64,000 bases of DNA from an uncultured Gemmatimonadaceae bacterium (GTDB lineage Bacteria; Gemmatimonadota; Gemmatimonadetes; Gemmatimonadales; GWC2-71-9). The notes under the pieces were generated by a model. It searched no databases and was not told the origin of the DNA. It was given only the letters and a program-made list of their open reading frames with translations. The stretch is taken from contig CAZYIV010000004.1 of assembly GCA_964647615.1 (NCBI GenBank), positions 6,236-70,235 on the forward strand. The letters run 5' to 3'. This document shows positions 1 through 13,607 of the stretch, in pieces (within the stretch, counting starts at the first letter, position 1; each line of letters begins with the position of its first letter). The translations under genes and the position numbers were made by a program.

Positions 1-2
1 GC

Positions 3-152
3 GAGGTGGACGGGGCGCGCCGCACCGACACTCGGGCTGCGGAAGCGCGGCGGCTGGTCCGCGCGCTGGTGGCCGAGGCGGGCCGCCTCGGCCTGACGGG
101 CGAGGAGCTGCGGCGGGCGCTCGCGGCCGAGCTGGGGGAGGGTGGCGCATGA
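3..152 (+). CDS. C-terminal fragment of an upstream gene, function undeterminable
   Basis: The open frame runs off the 5' edge and ends ...AAELGEGGA. Its TGA at 150-152 overlaps the ATG at 149 of the next gene (ATGA coupling). Confidence 0.35.
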   Translation, partial: EVDGARRTDTRAAEARRLVRALVAEAGRLGLTGEELRRALAAELGEGGA

Positions 153-1051
153 CACTGGTGATCGAGACCAGGGGCCTGGGGTACCGGGCCGGGGCGCAGT
201 TCGCGCTGCAGGACGTGAACCTCAAGGTGCCGGCGGGCGCGGTGTACGGATTCCTCGGCCCCAACGGGTCCGGGAAGACCACGACCATCCGGCTGCTGCT
301 CGGCCTGCTGGCCCCGCAGGCCGGCACGATCACGGTGCTGGGCCGGGAGGTACCGCGCGAGGTTCCGGCCGTGCTGGCCCGCACCGGCTATGTGCCGGAG
401 CGGCCGCATCTCTACGCCACGCTGACCGTCGGGGAAAGCCTCGACTATCACCGGGCGTTCTTTCCCGCCTGGGATGCCCGCCGGGCGGACGAACTCGTGG
501 CCGGCTTCGGGCTGGACCGTGAGCGGGTCCTCTCCCGGCTCTCCAAGGGAGAAATGGGCAAGCTGCTGCTGCTCCTCGCGCTGGCGCAATCGCCGGAGCT
601 GCTGGTGCTGGATGAGCCGACCGACGGGCTGGACCCGGTCGTGCGGCGGGACGTGCTCTCCGCGCTGCTGGCGTACGTGGCGGAGCGGCAGGCGACGGTC
701 TTCATCTCCAGCCACCTGGTGCACGAGCTCGAGCGCATCTGCGACTGGGTGGGGCTGATGGACGCCGGACGGCTGGTCGCCGAGCTGCCGATGCTGGACT
801 TCAAGAACGGGATCAAGCGGCTGCACGTCGCCGGCATGCCAGCCGAGATCGGGGCGGCGCCGTTCAGCCTGCTGGGCCGCGAGGTGCACGACGGGCGGCA
901 CGAGACCTGGGTGGTCCGCGGCTGGCAGCCACCGATGCGGCAGTACGTGGAGGGGCTGGGTGGCACCCTGCGCGACGTGATTGACCTGGACCTGGAGGAG
1001 GGCTTCGTGGAGCTGCTGCGCACCGCCCGCAGCCGGGGAGGGAACTCGTGA
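149..1051 (+). CDS. ABC transporter ATP-binding protein
   Basis: 300-aa ORF with Walker A GPNGSGKTT, signature-like LSKGEMGKL and Walker B LLVLDEPT. Confidence 0.95.
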   Translation: MTLVIETRGLGYRAGAQFALQDVNLKVPAGAVYGFLGPNGSGKTTTIRLLLGLLAPQAGTITVLGREVPREVPAVLARTGYVPERPHLYATLTVGESLDYHRAFFPAWDARRADELVAGFGLDRERVLSRLSKGEMGKLLLLLALAQSPELLVLDEPTDGLDPVVRRDVLSALLAYVAERQATVFISSHLVHELERICDWVGLMDAGRLVAELPMLDFKNGIKRLHVAGMPAEIGAAPFSLLGREVHDGRHETWVVRGWQPPMRQYVEGLGGTLRDVIDLDLEEGFVELLRTARSRGGNS

Positions 1052-1704
1052 TGTTCCGCGCCGTGCTGTTCACCCAGTGGAAGTGGGCCCGGCTGACGCT
1101 ACTGGTCCTCGCGGTGCTGAGCTTCGGGCTGCCGCTGCTCTCGGTGCAGGGACTGCACCAGGTGGAAGAGGGGCTCCCGGCGGGGGTCTACTTGCAGGCG
1201 CAGACCCAGATGGGCTCGTTGTACCCGATGCTGGCCGCGTTGATCGCCGTGATGCTTGCCACTAGCACGTGGGCGGCAGATCACGCGGGGCGCCATGTGT
1301 ATGCCGGAGCCCTCCCGGTCCGCCGCTCGCGCTTCGTGGCGCTGCGCCTCGCCGCCGGCCTGGCGCTGCTGGCGGTTCCCGCCTTCACGCTGTGGATCGG
1401 TGGCCTGCTGGCGGCGGTGTCGTCCCCGCTCCCGCCGGGGCTGCAGGCCTATCCCAATCTCCTCGCGCTGCGCTTCCTGCTCGCGGCGCTGGTGGCGTTC
1501 GGGTTCTTCTTCGCGATCGCGAGCGGCACCGCGCGCACCGCGGGCTGGGTGCTCGGGCTGCTGGCCGCCTGGCTCCTGGCCCAGCTGCTGTTGAGCAGCG
1601 CCGGCTCCAAGGTGAACATCATCCTGCCGGTGATTGACTGGCTGGTGACCTGGCCCGGGCCGTTCGACATCTTCTCCGGTCACTGGGTGCTGATCGATGT
1701 GTAA
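1048..1704 (+). CDS. Putative ABC-2-type transporter permease (multi-pass membrane protein)
   Basis: 218-aa ORF overlapping the ATPase stop (GTG 1048 or ATG 1051). It has several long hydrophobic helices, and its position is typical of a permease partner. No named family recognised. Confidence 0.7.
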   Translation: MMFRAVLFTQWKWARLTLLVLAVLSFGLPLLSVQGLHQVEEGLPAGVYLQAQTQMGSLYPMLAALIAVMLATSTWAADHAGRHVYAGALPVRRSRFVALRLAAGLALLAVPAFTLWIGGLLAAVSSPLPPGLQAYPNLLALRFLLAALVAFGFFFAIASGTARTAGWVLGLLAAWLLAQLLLSSAGSKVNIILPVIDWLVTWPGPFDIFSGHWVLIDV

Positions 1705-2833
1705 GGCGCTCCGGATCCTGCGCCTGTTCGGGCTGGTGCTGCTCCCCGCCGGAGCGGCGCCGGCGCAGACGACGGCCGTGCTGCGGGCCCGGGTGGACTC
1801 GCTGCAGCGGGAGTACAACCGGCTGCAGGAGCAGCGGCATGCCGCGAACGCGGCGGCCGATTCCGCGATCGGCTGGCGCCGCTTCACCGTTGGGTCGCTG
1901 CGGCTGGATGTCGCTGGAGAGCTGGTGCGGACCGCCCCGGCGGAGCTGGCGGCCGCGCACGGCCGGCTGGAGGCGATCTTCGGGCCGGCGCTCGATGCCG
2001 GCGGCGTGATCCCGATTCGCGCCACGCCGCGCGTGCCCGGCGCGGGCGAACTGCCCGCGGCCCAGCGCCCGCTCGGCGTCTCGGTCCAGTACGACAGCCT
2101 CGGCCAGTGGGGCCAACCGGCGACGGCGCCCTTCGTGGCGGCGGGCGCCCCGCCGGGGCGGCTGGCGGATGCGATCATCCGGGTGGGATCCGAGGGACGC
2201 TGGTACCGGATCGACCGGGTGCTGGCCCGGTGGCATCCGTCGCCACCGGGCAGCATCGCCGACTCGGTGCTGGCGCGCGAGACGTTTGTCGAGCTGGCCA
2301 CCTCCACCGTCCCCGGCGGCGGCGCGTGCATCGGTGGCTCTCTGGATGCCTGTGCCCGGATGGTCGGGATGGTCGCCGATCCCACCGACCTGGTGGGAAG
2401 CTACGGCCCGGACGACCGGCGGGCGTTCGTCAGCCGGCTCATCGGTGGCTACCTCGGCCCGCTCTCGGCCCAGGCGGAGCGGTGCGTCACCGCCAAGAGC
2501 CTCGCAGCGTGCGACGCCGTGCTGCGGGGGCGTGAGTGGGGCGCTCTGGTGCCGCTGGGCGAGTCGCCCCGCGGGCTGCTGCTGGCGACGGCGCTGCACC
2601 TGGGCGGACCGGCGGCAGTGCAGCGCCTGCTCGCGCACCCCGACCTGCCGCTGGACCAGCGCCTGGCCGAGGCCGCCGGCGTCAGCCGCGACTCGCTGCT
2701 GAGTGCGTGGCGCGCCGCCGCGCTCTCGGCGCGCGAAGATCCCCGGGCCGAGCTGCCGCGGACCGCCATGGCGGCGGCCGGGTGGGGCCTGCTGATCTTC
2801 GCCCTGGCCATCGGAGGTGCGCGGTGGCGGTGA
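1697..2833 (+). CDS. Hypothetical exported protein with C-terminal membrane anchor
   Basis: 378 aa. ATG 1697 overlaps the permease gene by 8 nt. N-terminal signal-like LRLFGLVLLPAGAAPAQ and C-terminal TM AAAGWGLLIFALAIGG. Confidence 0.6.
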   Translation: MCKALRILRLFGLVLLPAGAAPAQTTAVLRARVDSLQREYNRLQEQRHAANAAADSAIGWRRFTVGSLRLDVAGELVRTAPAELAAAHGRLEAIFGPALDAGGVIPIRATPRVPGAGELPAAQRPLGVSVQYDSLGQWGQPATAPFVAAGAPPGRLADAIIRVGSEGRWYRIDRVLARWHPSPPGSIADSVLARETFVELATSTVPGGGACIGGSLDACARMVGMVADPTDLVGSYGPDDRRAFVSRLIGGYLGPLSAQAERCVTAKSLAACDAVLRGREWGALVPLGESPRGLLLATALHLGGPAAVQRLLAHPDLPLDQRLAEAAGVSRDSLLSAWRAAALSAREDPRAELPRTAMAAAGWGLLIFALAIGGARWR

Positions 2834-3984
2834 CGACGCGTCGCTGGTGGCTGGGGCTGCTGCTTGCGCTGGCCCTCGTCGGGGTACAACTCCTCCCCCC
2901 CTCGGGGTTCGACCCGACCGGCCTGCTGCCGCGCTGGCTCTGGCACGGGCCGCCCAGCATGCCGATGGACTCCCTGACGCGACAGCTCAGGCTGGTGGAC
3001 CGGGAGCTGAACCGGGCCCAGCAGCGGCTGGCCAGCCGCGAACTGCGCGACAGCCTGGCGCACTGGGCGCCTCCGGGCGGCCCCTCGGTCCGGCTGGTGC
3101 TGCAGGGTGAGGTGCCGGGTGCGGAGGCCACCCGTGCCCGCCAGCTCCACGCCTCCCTCCAGGCGGCGCTCGACTCCGCGGCTGCGCCGCCCGGACTGGT
3201 CGTGCTGGTGGTGCAGGGCGGGGCCCGCGCCACGTCGGCCCGGGACCTGGCGTCCCAGCTGGTCCTCCCCCCGGCCGGCGTCGCGGGGACCTGTGCGTTG
3301 AGCGTGCCGGCGCGGGTGCTGGCGCGGCCGGCCGGCGTGCACTGGGTGGAGGGCGCCATCGCGCCGTGCCTGTTCTACGCGGCCTACGGCCCACCGGGCC
3401 AGGAGGTCGAGCGATGGCTTGCCCGCCGGGGCTTCGACCTGGTGCGGCGGCCGGATCCACGGGGTCTGGTGCCGCCGCCCGCGGCGCCCGCCCTGGAGCT
3501 GATCACGGGCCGCTCGCCGCTGGCCGCGGCGATGCTGGGCCGGGACTGGCGCGACATCAACGCACTCGACCTGGTCGGTTGCCAGGCCGGGCAGCGCGCG
3601 CGCTGCGAGCCGGCGCTGCTGCAACCGCAGCCGCTGTTCGGCCGGCCGACCGGGCTCGACCGGACCCGGCGGTCCAGTTCGTTCGATTGGAGATTCTGGT
3701 CGGAGGACCAGGCCCGGGGCGACCTGCTCGGCAGCCTGGTGCGCGAGTTCGGCCCGGAGCGATTCCAGCACTTCTGGCGCTCGGCGGCGCCGGTGCCCGA
3801 GGCCTTCGAGGTGGCGTTCGGGGTGTCGTTCGAGGGCTGGGCCGCACGTTGGGTGCCGGAGCGGCTGGGGCGCACCGTGACCGGGCCCAGCCTGCGCTGG
3901 GCCGGGGTCACCGGCTGGTTGGGCCTCGCGGTCCTGGCGGTGCTCGCCGCCGCGTTCATGGCGGAGCGGCGCCGGGCCCGCTGA
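2830..3984 (+). CDS. Hypothetical membrane-anchored protein, paralogous C-terminal module to the preceding gene
   Basis: GTG 2830 overlaps the previous stop (GTGA). N-terminal TM WWLGLLLALALVGVQLL and C-terminal TM VTGWLGLAVLAVLAAAF. The longest ORF (from 2536) would overlap the previous gene by 300 nt. Confidence 0.6.
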   Translation: MTTRRWWLGLLLALALVGVQLLPPSGFDPTGLLPRWLWHGPPSMPMDSLTRQLRLVDRELNRAQQRLASRELRDSLAHWAPPGGPSVRLVLQGEVPGAEATRARQLHASLQAALDSAAAPPGLVVLVVQGGARATSARDLASQLVLPPAGVAGTCALSVPARVLARPAGVHWVEGAIAPCLFYAAYGPPGQEVERWLARRGFDLVRRPDPRGLVPPPAAPALELITGRSPLAAAMLGRDWRDINALDLVGCQAGQRARCEPALLQPQPLFGRPTGLDRTRRSSSFDWRFWSEDQARGDLLGSLVREFGPERFQHFWRSAAPVPEAFEVAFGVSFEGWAARWVPERLGRTVTGPSLRWAGVTGWLGLAVLAVLAAAFMAERRRAR

Positions 3985-3987
3985 CGC

Positions 3988-6531
3988 TCAGGCGGCGGCC
4001 AGCGCGGTGAGCCGCTGCTCCAGGACCCGCCGGGCACGGGTCAGCTCCACCTCGATCTCGCCCACCAGGCCCGCCGCGCCCTCCAGTGAGCCGTCGCGGG
4101 TGAGCTTCTCCAGCCTGCCGCACAGCCCCGACAGCCGCATGGCGCCGATGTTGCCCGCGCCGCCCTTCATCGCGTGGGCCGCGCGCATCACCCGGTTGGC
4201 GTCCCGCTCCGCCGTGCCGGTGCGCATGTGGTCCACCCGCGCGGGCGCCTCCCCGAAGAACAGCTCCACCAGCTCCCGCACCAGCGCCACGCCGCTCGCC
4301 GGCGCCACCTGGATGATGTCGTCGATGATCGTCTGGTCGAAGCCATCGGCATCCTCGACACCCGCCTCCGGTTCGGCGGGTGGGGTGGCCTCCGCGACCG
4401 GCTCGCCGTCCGCATCTTCCCAGCCCAGCCAGCGGGCCAGGGTGGCATAGAGCTCGGTGCTCCGGATCGGCTTGCTGATGTAGTCGTCCATGCCGGCGGC
4501 CAGGCAGCGCTCGCGATCGCCCTGCATGGCGTTGGCGGTCATCGCGACGATCGGGGTGTGCCGCGCCTCGCCCTCCAGCCGGCGGATCTCGGCCGTGGCG
4601 CCGTAGCCGTCCAGCTCCGGCATCTGGCAGTCCATCAGGATGATGTCGTACGGCAGCCGCGCCGCGGCGGCCACGCCCTCGACCCCGTTGCCCGCCAGGT
4701 CCACGAGGTAGCCCAACCGCTCCAGCATCTGGGTGGCGACCTTCTGGTTGACCGGGTTGTCCTCCACCAGCAGCACCCGGGCGCGGCCGCGGGGCCGCGC
4801 GTCGGGCGCGGGCAGCCCCTTGAGCAGCGCGCTGCGCCGCGCATGCCGCGGCTCCAGGCCGAGCGCCGTGCGCACGGCGTCGTGCAGGGCGCTGAGCCGC
4901 ACCGGCTTGGGCAGCGCGGCGGCGATGCCGGCCGCCTGCGCCTGCCGGGCATCGTGCAGCTCGGTGACCGGGCAGAGCACCACCACCTTCGTCCGGCGGA
5001 GCGGTTCGCTCTCCTGCACCGCGCGGGCCAGCTCCAGCCCGTCGGTGTCACCGAGGTCCGAGTCGAAGATGGCCAGGCGGATCGGCGCGTCCTCGTGCAC
5101 GCTGGCGCCGAGGCGGATGAGCGCCTCGGAGGCATCATCGGCGATCGCCACCCGGAGGCCGAGCGCCTCGAGATGGTCCACCAGCGCCAGCCGGGCGGTG
5201 GGGTGGCCGCTGGCGACCAGCACCCGCGTGCCTGCCAGCTCCTCGTCGGCCACGGTGCGCGGATCCGCCGGCGCCTCGGCCGGGTCCAGTCGCAGGGTGA
5301 ACCAGAAGGTGCTGCCCTGGCCCGGGACGCTCTCGACCCCCACCTCGCCGCGCATCAGCTCCACCAGCTGGCGGCAGATCGCGAGCCCGAGGCCGGTGCC
5401 GCCGTACTTGCGGGTGGTGGCGGTGTCGGCCTGGGAGAAGGGCTGGAACAGGCGGCCGCGCTGCTCCGGCGTGAGCCCGATCCCGGTGTCGCGCACTTCC
5501 CACCGCACCAGCACGCCCTCGCTCCCGGCCTCGGCCAGGCGGCAGTGCACCGTGACGGTGCCGCGCTCGGTGAACTTGATCGCGTTGGAGACCAGGTTGG
5601 TCAGCACCTGGCGCACCCGGGCCGGATCGCCGCGGAGGACCGCTGGCACGTCGCGCGCGACGTGGGCGGCGAGCTCGAGCTGCTTCACCGCCGCCTTCTC
5701 CGCCAGCAGGTCCAGGGTGTCCTCCAGCACCTCCTGCAGGGAGAAGTCCACCGTCTCCAGCGAGAGCCGTCCCGCCTCGATCTTGGAGAAGTCGAGGATG
5801 TCGTTGATGATCGTGAGCAGCGCCTCCCCGGAGGCGCGGACGGTCTCGACGTAGTTGCGCTGCTCCGGCGTGAGGGGGGTGTCGAGCAGGAGGCCCGTCA
5901 TGCCGATGACGCCGTTCATCGGGGTGCGGATCTCGTGGCTCATCATCGCGAAGAACGCCGACTTGACCCGCACCGACTCGAGCGCCTGGTCGCGCGCCTG
6001 CGCCAGCTCCTCGGCCTGCGTGGCCATGAGCGCGGCCTGTTCCTCCACCCGGAGGCGGGCGTCCTCGACGTCGAGTGAATAGCGGTAGAGATCCTCCTCC
6101 TGCCGCTTCCGGTCGGAGATGTCGGTCAGGGTGCCCACGTACGCGGTGGTGTGGCCCGCGGCGTCCAGCACCGCGCGCGCCGTCGCGCCCACCCAGCGGG
6201 CACTGCCCTCCGCGGACCGCACCCGGAATTCCGCCTGGAAGTCGCGCTGCTCCATGGCGGCGCTCTGCCACTCGGCCCGGACCGCCATGAGGTCCTCCGG
6301 CGCGATTGCCGACATCCACCCCGCGCCCATCGCCGCGGCTTCGTCGAGGCCGGTGAGCTCGCACCAGCGCGCGTTGGTGTAGCGGCAGCGTCCCGCCTCG
6401 TCGGTCTCGAAGATGCCGATCGGAGCGGACCGGCTGATCCGGGCGTAGCGCTCGGCCTCGTCTTCGCGATCCGACGCCGCGGCCACGGCCCGCCCACGGC
6501 GCGCGCTGCCCCAGCGGCCGAGGTGCTTCAT
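3988..6531 (-). CDS. Hybrid sensor histidine kinase (PAS-HisKA-HATPase-degenerate REC-REC-HPt)
   Basis: 847 aa. H-box [16 protein letters not shown]; N/G boxes NAIKFT, DTGIGL, GGTGLGL. Canonical receiver [10 protein letters not shown]...[10 protein letters not shown]...SKP. C-terminal HPt [13 protein letters not shown]. Confidence 0.95.
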   Translation of the reverse strand: MKHLGRWGSARRGRAVAAASDREDEAERYARISRSAPIGIFETDEAGRCRYTNARWCELTGLDEAAAMGAGWMSAIAPEDLMAVRAEWQSAAMEQRDFQAEFRVRSAEGSARWVGATARAVLDAAGHTTAYVGTLTDISDRKRQEEDLYRYSLDVEDARLRVEEQAALMATQAEELAQARDQALESVRVKSAFFAMMSHEIRTPMNGVIGMTGLLLDTPLTPEQRNYVETVRASGEALLTIINDILDFSKIEAGRLSLETVDFSLQEVLEDTLDLLAEKAAVKQLELAAHVARDVPAVLRGDPARVRQVLTNLVSNAIKFTERGTVTVHCRLAEAGSEGVLVRWEVRDTGIGLTPEQRGRLFQPFSQADTATTRKYGGTGLGLAICRQLVELMRGEVGVESVPGQGSTFWFTLRLDPAEAPADPRTVADEELAGTRVLVASGHPTARLALVDHLEALGLRVAIADDASEALIRLGASVHEDAPIRLAIFDSDLGDTDGLELARAVQESEPLRRTKVVVLCPVTELHDARQAQAAGIAAALPKPVRLSALHDAVRTALGLEPRHARRSALLKGLPAPDARPRGRARVLLVEDNPVNQKVATQMLERLGYLVDLAGNGVEGVAAAARLPYDIILMDCQMPELDGYGATAEIRRLEGEARHTPIVAMTANAMQGDRERCLAAGMDDYISKPIRSTELYATLARWLGWEDADGEPVAEATPPAEPEAGVEDADGFDQTIIDDIIQVAPASGVALVRELVELFFGEAPARVDHMRTGTAERDANRVMRAAHAMKGGAGNIGAMRLSGLCGRLEKLTRDGSLEGAAGLVGEIEVELTRARRVLEQRLTALAAA

Positions 6532-9500
6532 GGCGCCTCTCCCGCCGTGGCGCGGTGTGCCGACAGCGCCCGCACCACCCGGTGCGCCTCCGCTTCCAGG
6601 GCACCGGCCGCGCGCGCCGCGGCGGCGAGGTCCGCCGCCCGGGCGGCGGTCTCCACCTCACGGCAGAGCCGGGCCAGTTCGCGGGCGCCGATGTAGGCCG
6701 CGCTGCTCTTGAGCGCATGGGCGGCCGCCCGGACCCGCTCCGGCTCCCCGGTGCCCAGCGCCACGACGATCGCCTCTCGCCGCGCGGGCAGGTCCTCGAG
6801 GAACAGGTCGATGAACTCGGTCACGACATCCGGGGCGCCCGGCTCCTGCAGCTGGCGGAAGCCCTCGAGCACCGCCGCATCCACCGTCTCGGGCGAGGGC
6901 GCATCGGCGGGCACCGGTTCCTGCGCCGCCGGGGTCACGGCGCCGCCCCCCGTCCACCGCTCCAGCACCCGCGCAAGCCGCCCGGCGTCCACCGGCTTGC
7001 TCAGGTAGTCATCCATCCCGGCGGCCAGGCAGCGCTCCCGGTCTCCCTGCATGGCATTGGCGGTCATCGCGATCACCGGCGTGCGCTGCCGGGGCTCCGG
7101 GAGGCGGCGGATCGCGGCGGTGGCTTCGTAGCCGTCCATCTCCGGCATCATGCAGTCCATGAAGACGGCGTCGTACGCGGTGCCGGTCACCATCTCCACC
7201 GCGGCGCGCCCGCCGTCCGCCAGCTCCACCCGGCAGCCCAGCCGGGCGAGCATCCGGGCGGCGACCTTCTGGTTGACCCGGTTGTCGTCCACCACCAGCA
7301 CCAGGGGACCGGCACCGTCCGGGTGGACCCGGGGTGCGAGCGCGACGATCGGGCCGCCGCCCTGCGAGGCGGGCGCCGGCGCCAGCACCAGCCGCATGGC
7401 GGCGGTGAGGTCCTGTCGCCGGACGGGCTTCCGCACCAGCGTGGCAAAGCCGTGATCCAGCAGCCAGCCGTCGGGCTGCGGGCCGAGCACCCCGCTCACC
7501 AGGATGAGCGGCAGGCCGGCAAAGCGCGGGTCGGCGCGGATGGCGCGCGCCACGTCGGCGCCGGTCTCCTGCTCCAGCGCGAAGTCGAGCAGCACCGCGT
7601 GGAACGGGCGCCCGGCCCCGTACTCCTGCGCCAGCACCGCCAGCGCCTCCGCGCCGGTGCCGACCGCCTCGACCTCGGCGCCCAGGGAGGTGAGCAGCTC
7701 ATGCACCGTCCGGCGCACCTGGGCCACGTCGTCCACCACCAGCAGGCGGGTGCCTGCGGGGCAGGGCGGGGCCGCCTCCCGCCCGGCGGACGGCGCGTCC
7801 CCGGCGACCGCGAGGGGCAGGGTGAACCAGAAGACGCTGCCCTCGCCCGGGGTGCTCTCCACCCCGATGGTGCCGTTCATCAGGCGCACCAGCTGGCGGC
7901 AGATGGTAAGCCCGAGGCCCGTCCCGCCGAAGCGCCGGGTGGTGGAGCTGTCGGCCTGGGTGAACTGCTCGAACACCGCCTCCAGCTTGTCGCTCGGGAT
8001 GCCGATGCCGGTGTCCCGCACCGCGAAGCGCAGCACCGGCCGGGCGCCGGTCGGGCTCTCGGTGGTCACCTCCAGCAGCACCTGGCCCCGGTCGGTGAAC
8101 TTCACCGCGTTGCCCAGCAGGTTGGTGAGGATCTGGCGCACCCGGCCCGCGTCGCCGACCACGTGCCGCGGCAGCTGCGGCTCCAGGTGCACCACCAGCT
8201 CCAGCTGCTTCTCCTGCGCCCGTGGCATGAGCAGGTCGGCCACGTCCTCGCACACCCGGGTGAGGTCGAACGGCGCCGCCTCGATGACCAGCTTGCCCGC
8301 CTCGATCTTGGAGACGTCGAGGATGTCGTTGATGATCGTGAGCAGGCTTTCGGCCGAGTTGCGGATGGTCTCGGCGCAGTCGCGCTGCTCCTCGCTGAGC
8401 GGGGTGGCGAGCAGCAGGCTGGTCATCCCGATCACCCCGTTCATCGGGGTGCGGATTTCGTGGCTCATGCTGGCCAGGAATTCCGACTTGAGCCGGGCGG
8501 AGTGGACCGCCTGCTGCCGGGCCCGGACCAGGTCATTGATCACCTGGGTGACCATCACGATGCCGCCCGGGGTCCCGTCGGTGCGCTGCCAGGGATGAAT
8601 GCCCCAGCGGAGGTGGACGCTCTCCCCGCTGGCCCGCTCGAACGCGTCCTCGGCGCACTCCAGCTGCTCTCCCGCGAGGGCGCGCCGGTGCAGCGCCTTC
8701 CACCGGTCGGGGACGTCGGGGAACACCTCGTAGTGGCTCAGGCCGCGCAGGTTGCGCTCGCCGAGCTGGTAGTCGGTCAGCCACTTCCCGCTCCAGGCGA
8801 CGTAGCGCATCTCGGTGTCGAGCATGGCCATCGCCACTGGGGCCTTGGCGATGCTCTCGGCGAGCACCGAGTTCTCCTGCTCCAGCACCTCCCGGGCGCG
8901 ACGCTGCTCGGTCACGTCCTGGCAGACCCCCACGTATCCGGCAAAGGTGCCGTCGGTGAGGTAGCGCGGTGCGCCGGTGCCGTGCATCCAGCGGTAGACC
9001 CCGTCGTGCCGCCGGAGCCGGAAGTGCACGTCCACCGGGTCGCGGCGGGCAAAGGCCGCGTGGTAGCTGTCGAGGCACTCCCGGGCATCCTCGCGATGCA
9101 GGCCGTCCAGCCACCCCTCGCCCAGTTCCTCCGCGAGGGACCGCCCGGTGAAGCGGAGCCAGCCGGCGTTGAAGTAGTGGCAGTGGGCGTCCGGCCCCGA
9201 CATCCACATCATCACCGGCGCCTGGTCGGCCATGGTGCGGAAGCGCTCCTCGCTCTCCCGCAGCCGCGACTCCCAGGCGCGGATGGCCTCCACCCGGTTG
9301 CGGTCGAGGGTGATGTCGCTCAGCGTGCCGGCCCAGGCGGTGCACCGGCCTGCGTCGTCGTGCCGCGGGGCAAAGTGGATCCGGAGCCAGCGGCCGGAGC
9401 CATCGGGATGCCGGCCGTGGAACTCGTCCGTGACCTCGTCGCCCCGCGCGAGGGCGTGCTGCCACCGCGACACGAGGCCGGCAGGGTCGCCGGCGGGGAG

Positions 9501-9655
9501 CACCTGCCACCAGCCGGTGCCGAGCGAGCTCTCGAGGTCGAGGCCGGTGAGCGCGGTCCAGCGCGGGTTCACGAAGGTGCACTCGCCCGCCGGGTCGCAC
9601 AGCAGCAGCGCAGCGGGCACGGCGCGGAGGATCTGGCTGGCGGCGGTCTCCGGCA

Positions 9656-9659
<4 letters not shown>
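6528..9659 (-). CDS. Hybrid sensor histidine kinase (3x PAS-HisKA-HATPase-degenerate REC-REC-HPt)
   Basis: 1043 aa with three PAS-like units before H-box [16 protein letters not shown]. HATPase DTGIGI/GGTGLGL, receiver VVDDNRVNQ...[10 protein letters not shown]...SKP, HPt [17 protein letters not shown] overlaps at both ends. Confidence 0.95.
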
Positions 9660-12049
<2,390 letters not shown>

Positions 12050-12294
12050 GCCCGACCCGACCTGGTCGGGGTCCGGCGACCGGGCTGGCGCAGGTCGCGA
12101 CTGGTGGCTGGGATGTCCGGGCGCGCCCGGCTGCTGCTGCGGTACATGAACGCCGCTCCGTGGCGCAATGGGCCCCGCCCCCCTCGGGGGCTGCGTCCCC
12201 CTAATGATCGGTCGGACCGGGCCGCTGCTTGAGCATCGGGCAGGGGCTGGCAAGCCGTTGCCGGGGAAAGGTTTGCCCCGAACCTCCCGGGTGG

Positions 12295-12321
12295 GGAAAC
12301 CCGACCCCGTGCGGCTCCGTT
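12295..12321 (+). promoter_or_regulatory. Candidate ECF-type promoter (GGAAAC-N17-CGTT) upstream of the ECF sigma gene
   Basis: GGAAAC at 12295-12300 and CGTT at 12318-12321, 37 nt before ATG 12358. This resembles the AAC / CGT ECF autoregulatory promoter pattern. Confidence 0.3.
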
Positions 12322-12357
12322 CCAACCGGGGAGCGGCCGGACTGTCCAATCCGGTGC

Positions 12358-12924
12358 ATGACGACCTCGACCGTGAGACCTCGACCCCTGCGGACCACCG
12401 ACACCCCGTCGCCCGACGCCGATGCCGTGGATGCCGCGCTCGCCGCGAGCGGCGATGCGCACGCCTTCGAGCGGTTGTATCGCCGCCACGTGGCGCGGAT
12501 CCACACCCTGGTGCGGCGGATGCTCGGGGAGGAGAACGAGGAGGTCACGCAGGAGGTGCTGATCCGCGCCTGGCGCAAGCTCGGCACCTTCCGGGGCGAG
12601 GCCGCCTTCGGCACCTGGTTGCACCGCCTGGCGGTGAACGTGATCCTGAACCACCGCACGGCGCGGGGCCGCTGGCGCAAGCTGTTCGTGGAGCCCGCGG
12701 CCGATGCGCCCGAGGCGCCGGCGCGCCCGGTCACCCCGGGGCACGGGGTGGACTTCGAGGTGGCGATGGCCCGGCTGTCGCCGGGGGCGCGCCAGGTGTT
12801 CGTGCTGCACGATGTGGAGGGGTACCGGCACGAGGAGGTGGCCGGCATGCTGGGAATCAGCGTGGGCACCTCCAAGTCCCAACTGCACTACGCGCGCATG
12901 GCCCTGCGCCGCGCGCTGGGGTGA
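12358..12924 (+). CDS. ECF (sigma-70 family) RNA polymerase sigma factor
   Basis: 188 aa. Region 2 FERLYRRHVARIHTLVRRML; region 4 VFVLHDVEGYRHEEVAGMLGISVGTSKSQLHYAR. Confidence 0.92.
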   Translation: MTTSTVRPRPLRTTDTPSPDADAVDAALAASGDAHAFERLYRRHVARIHTLVRRMLGEENEEVTQEVLIRAWRKLGTFRGEAAFGTWLHRLAVNVILNHRTARGRWRKLFVEPAADAPEAPARPVTPGHGVDFEVAMARLSPGARQVFVLHDVEGYRHEEVAGMLGISVGTSKSQLHYARMALRRALG

Positions 12925-13592
12925 TGACCATGACCGTGCATCCGCCGTCCCAGGAGCTGTCGGAGTACCTCGACGCCGAGCTGCCGCCGGAGCGGGCGGC
13001 ACAGGTGGAGCGTCACCTGCAGGAGTGCCCCGCCTGCGCGGCCGCGTACGAGGAGCTGCGGCGGGTGGTGGTGCGGGCTCAGGCGCTGGACGACCGGCCG
13101 CCACGCCGCGATCTCTGGCCCGGCGTGGCCGCGGCCATCGGTGCGGCGCCCGCGACCGACCGCCGGGTGACCCTCGGGCTCCCCACCCTGCTCGCGGCCA
13201 GCCTCGCCCTGATGCTCGGCTCCGGGGGCGCGGTGGTCCTGTGGCAGCGGGGCCATCCGGCCCCGGCTCCCGCGGTGGCGGCCGCGCCGCCGGTCGCGGT
13301 CCCGGAGAGCGTCCCCGCCCTGGTGGCCGCGCAACCCGCGGGCCGCGGCTACGCCGAGGCGGTGCGGGTGCTGGAACAGGAACTCGCGGCGCGCCGGGGG
13401 GCGCTCGATACCGCCACGGTGCGGGTGCTGGAGCAGAACCTGGCGCTGATTGACCGGGCCATCACCGAGGCCGAGCGCGCCCTGGCCGCCGATCCCGGTG
13501 ACGGTTACCTGGCGGGGCACCTCACCCAGACCCGCCTGCGCAAACTCGACCTGCTCCGCCGCGCGGCTGCGCTGAGCCGCGCGGAGAGCTGA
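12924..13592 (+). CDS. Anti-sigma factor, zf-HC2 type, single-pass membrane
   Basis: ATG 12924 overlaps the sigma stop by 1 nt. HLQECPAC zinc-finger motif; TM LGLPTLLAASLALMLGSGGAVVLW. Confidence 0.85.
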   Translation: MTMTVHPPSQELSEYLDAELPPERAAQVERHLQECPACAAAYEELRRVVVRAQALDDRPPRRDLWPGVAAAIGAAPATDRRVTLGLPTLLAASLALMLGSGGAVVLWQRGHPAPAPAVAAAPPVAVPESVPALVAAQPAGRGYAEAVRVLEQELAARRGALDTATVRVLEQNLALIDRAITEAERALAADPGDGYLAGHLTQTRLRKLDLLRRAAALSRAES

Positions 13593-13607
13593 CGGAAGGA
13601 CCGACCG

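Noticed and set aside
12050-12349. N-terminal 100-aa extension of the HNOBA protein (TTG start at 12349)
   Set aside because: The extension is Pro/Arg/Gly-rich without a domain and starts with TTG. It would leave only 8 bp to the divergent ECF sigma gene and would cover the candidate ECF promoter. GTG 12049, just before the HNOBA-like domain, is preferred, but this is not proven.
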